A stretch of DNA of 64,000 nt from Anthoceros angustus (taxonomy: Eukaryota > Plantae > Anthocerotophyta): NCBI GenBank assembly GCA_010909165.1, contig MU008161.1:2182909-2246908 (forward strand), written 5' to 3'. The notes under the pieces were generated by a model that made no database searches, was not told the origin of the DNA, and was given only the letters and a program-made list of their open reading frames with translations. Position numbers and translations under genes: made by a program. The number at the start of each line of letters is the position of its first letter. Position 1 is the first letter of the stretch. This document shows positions 62,431 to 64,000 of this stretch, piece by piece.

Positions 62431-64000
62431 CGCTCTATCCAACCTAGCCTGGCGCCTAGCGCCTCGTCCATCTTGCTTGCACAGAGGCGCTTGACACACC
62501 ACCGGGTATCGCCAGAGCCGCCGCCGCCACACGCCGCCGAGCCTTCACCCTACTCGCTAGTGACATGGTGTCCTTCACCGGGGCACTGGCCGCTTGTCCG
62601 CACCCACTCCCGCTTGGCCGCACACGCTCCTCGCTCTGTGAAGGCGGATCGCCGACGGCGAACCCAAACGCCTTCCGCACAAACCCACCGCCTATTGCTG
62701 CACCACCGAGCTCCCAAATCCGGCCAGAAAGCACTCCGGGTCGCGACACACCGCCATTACACCTACTATTCCGCGACGAAAGCTCTAGCGAAGACATATA
62801 GGGACTCACGGGAAAACCTGGTGGCGCCTGAGTTCGCCGCCTCCACCGCCCTTGCCGCACCACAACGCCCACGTTCCACGTGCCGCCGCTGACGGACCCA
62901 AACGCCCTCGCACAAAGCCACCGCCCACCGCCTGCACCACCGAGCTACCAAATCCGGCCGTAAGAACGGTTCCGACCCCTGCGACAAGACAATCACCGCC
63001 ACACACCACCTATTGCCCGCACGACATAGCTCTAGCAAAACCCATGTAGGGACTCCATGGCCGAACCTCCTCACTGTCCAAGGTTGAGCTAGCTCAGTGA
63101 TGCATGCACAAATCCAATGCTTGTGAGTCTCAACATTAGGAGCACTACTGATGGAAGTGGATAACCTCATTATCACCCTTAAAAGTCAACGAGCATCCCG
63201 CTGCTTTCCGCCCGCTTCCCGTCGGTCACTTACGAGTTTGTATAATAAATTGTCCCTAGCATATATAGCAAGACTTAAACCAATAATATATCAAATAAAT
63301 CAATTTTCCAAATAAAAAAATTAAATATATCTATGAAGTTAAAAGCGAATAGCCCTAAAAATATCGGTCAAAATGGGCATAATTTCAATTGTTAAAAATC
63401 AACGTAATGCAAAACACCACTTAGAGACGGTTTCGCCCGTTTACGAAATTAGTGGTCACCTAACCATGCTCACACCCAGGAGTTGCGTGAAACTTACTGG
63501 TCTCGCGCTACAAGCTTACCAGAAATCCTTGGAGCTTACAAAGTACTCAACGATAATGCGAAACACGGCGCAGTTGTTGTTTCTATCTCGAGCAGTCAGT
63601 CAACAACGCTTATGAAGAGGCTCGCGTGATCGATTTCTCCCGCTAGCAAGCTGATGATAGATGCGCAAAATCTCTGATTTTGGTGATAACTCTTACCCAA
63701 GTCGGCATCATCAAATTCTGGAGCGCCATTCTCTGCCGTAATTGTTGCGGGAACCTCATCTATGAAGCAAGCCGAGATCTCAAGGGCCACTTTCCCATTG
63801 TAGAAGGCGCAACCCCTCCGGTAGCGCCTCTGCAGTAGGTGCGGCTGCGCGGCATGTGTTTTGTACTTCCCCGCAAAGGTAGCGCTCTACTTGGGCACGC
63901 CCCCACATCCCACTTCCGAATGCGGCGGGGTGCGGCGCTTCGCCCTATGGCCATAGGCATCCTCACACCCGATCCAATCCGCACGGTCATTGGCCAGGAG

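Noticed and set aside
63300-64000. Short ORFs at the right edge
   Set aside because: Unrecognised and incomplete; needs the adjacent window.

Overview
Eukaryotic nuclear DNA from a land plant with a compact genome. The short introns, TTTAGGG repeats and PLS-type PPR editing factor suggest a non-seed plant, probably hornwort-like; this taxonomic call is inference. The left half (~1-33 kb) is gene-dense: an unknown gene running off the left edge, a cytochrome b5-domain gene, EMC3, U1-70K, MUTYH, threonine aldolase, a small RING-H2 gene, an HMA-domain/EEKK-repeat gene, a 1158-aa PLS-E+ PPR and ATXR5/6. LINE remnants and tandem arrays interrupt it at ~3-5 and ~17-23 kb. The right half (~33-64 kb) is transposon and pseudogene debris. 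It holds a TSD-flanked, RT-deleted Copia element plus a 1.6-kb duplication of its 3' junction; PPR, FANCD2 and PABP gene fragments; an interstitial telomere tract abutting an RLE-type LINE remnant; and a >9-kb Sola-type DNA transposon with a convergent second gene. Many frameshifts sit in homopolymers and may be long-read consensus errors. Exon boundaries were read by eye and are approximate.
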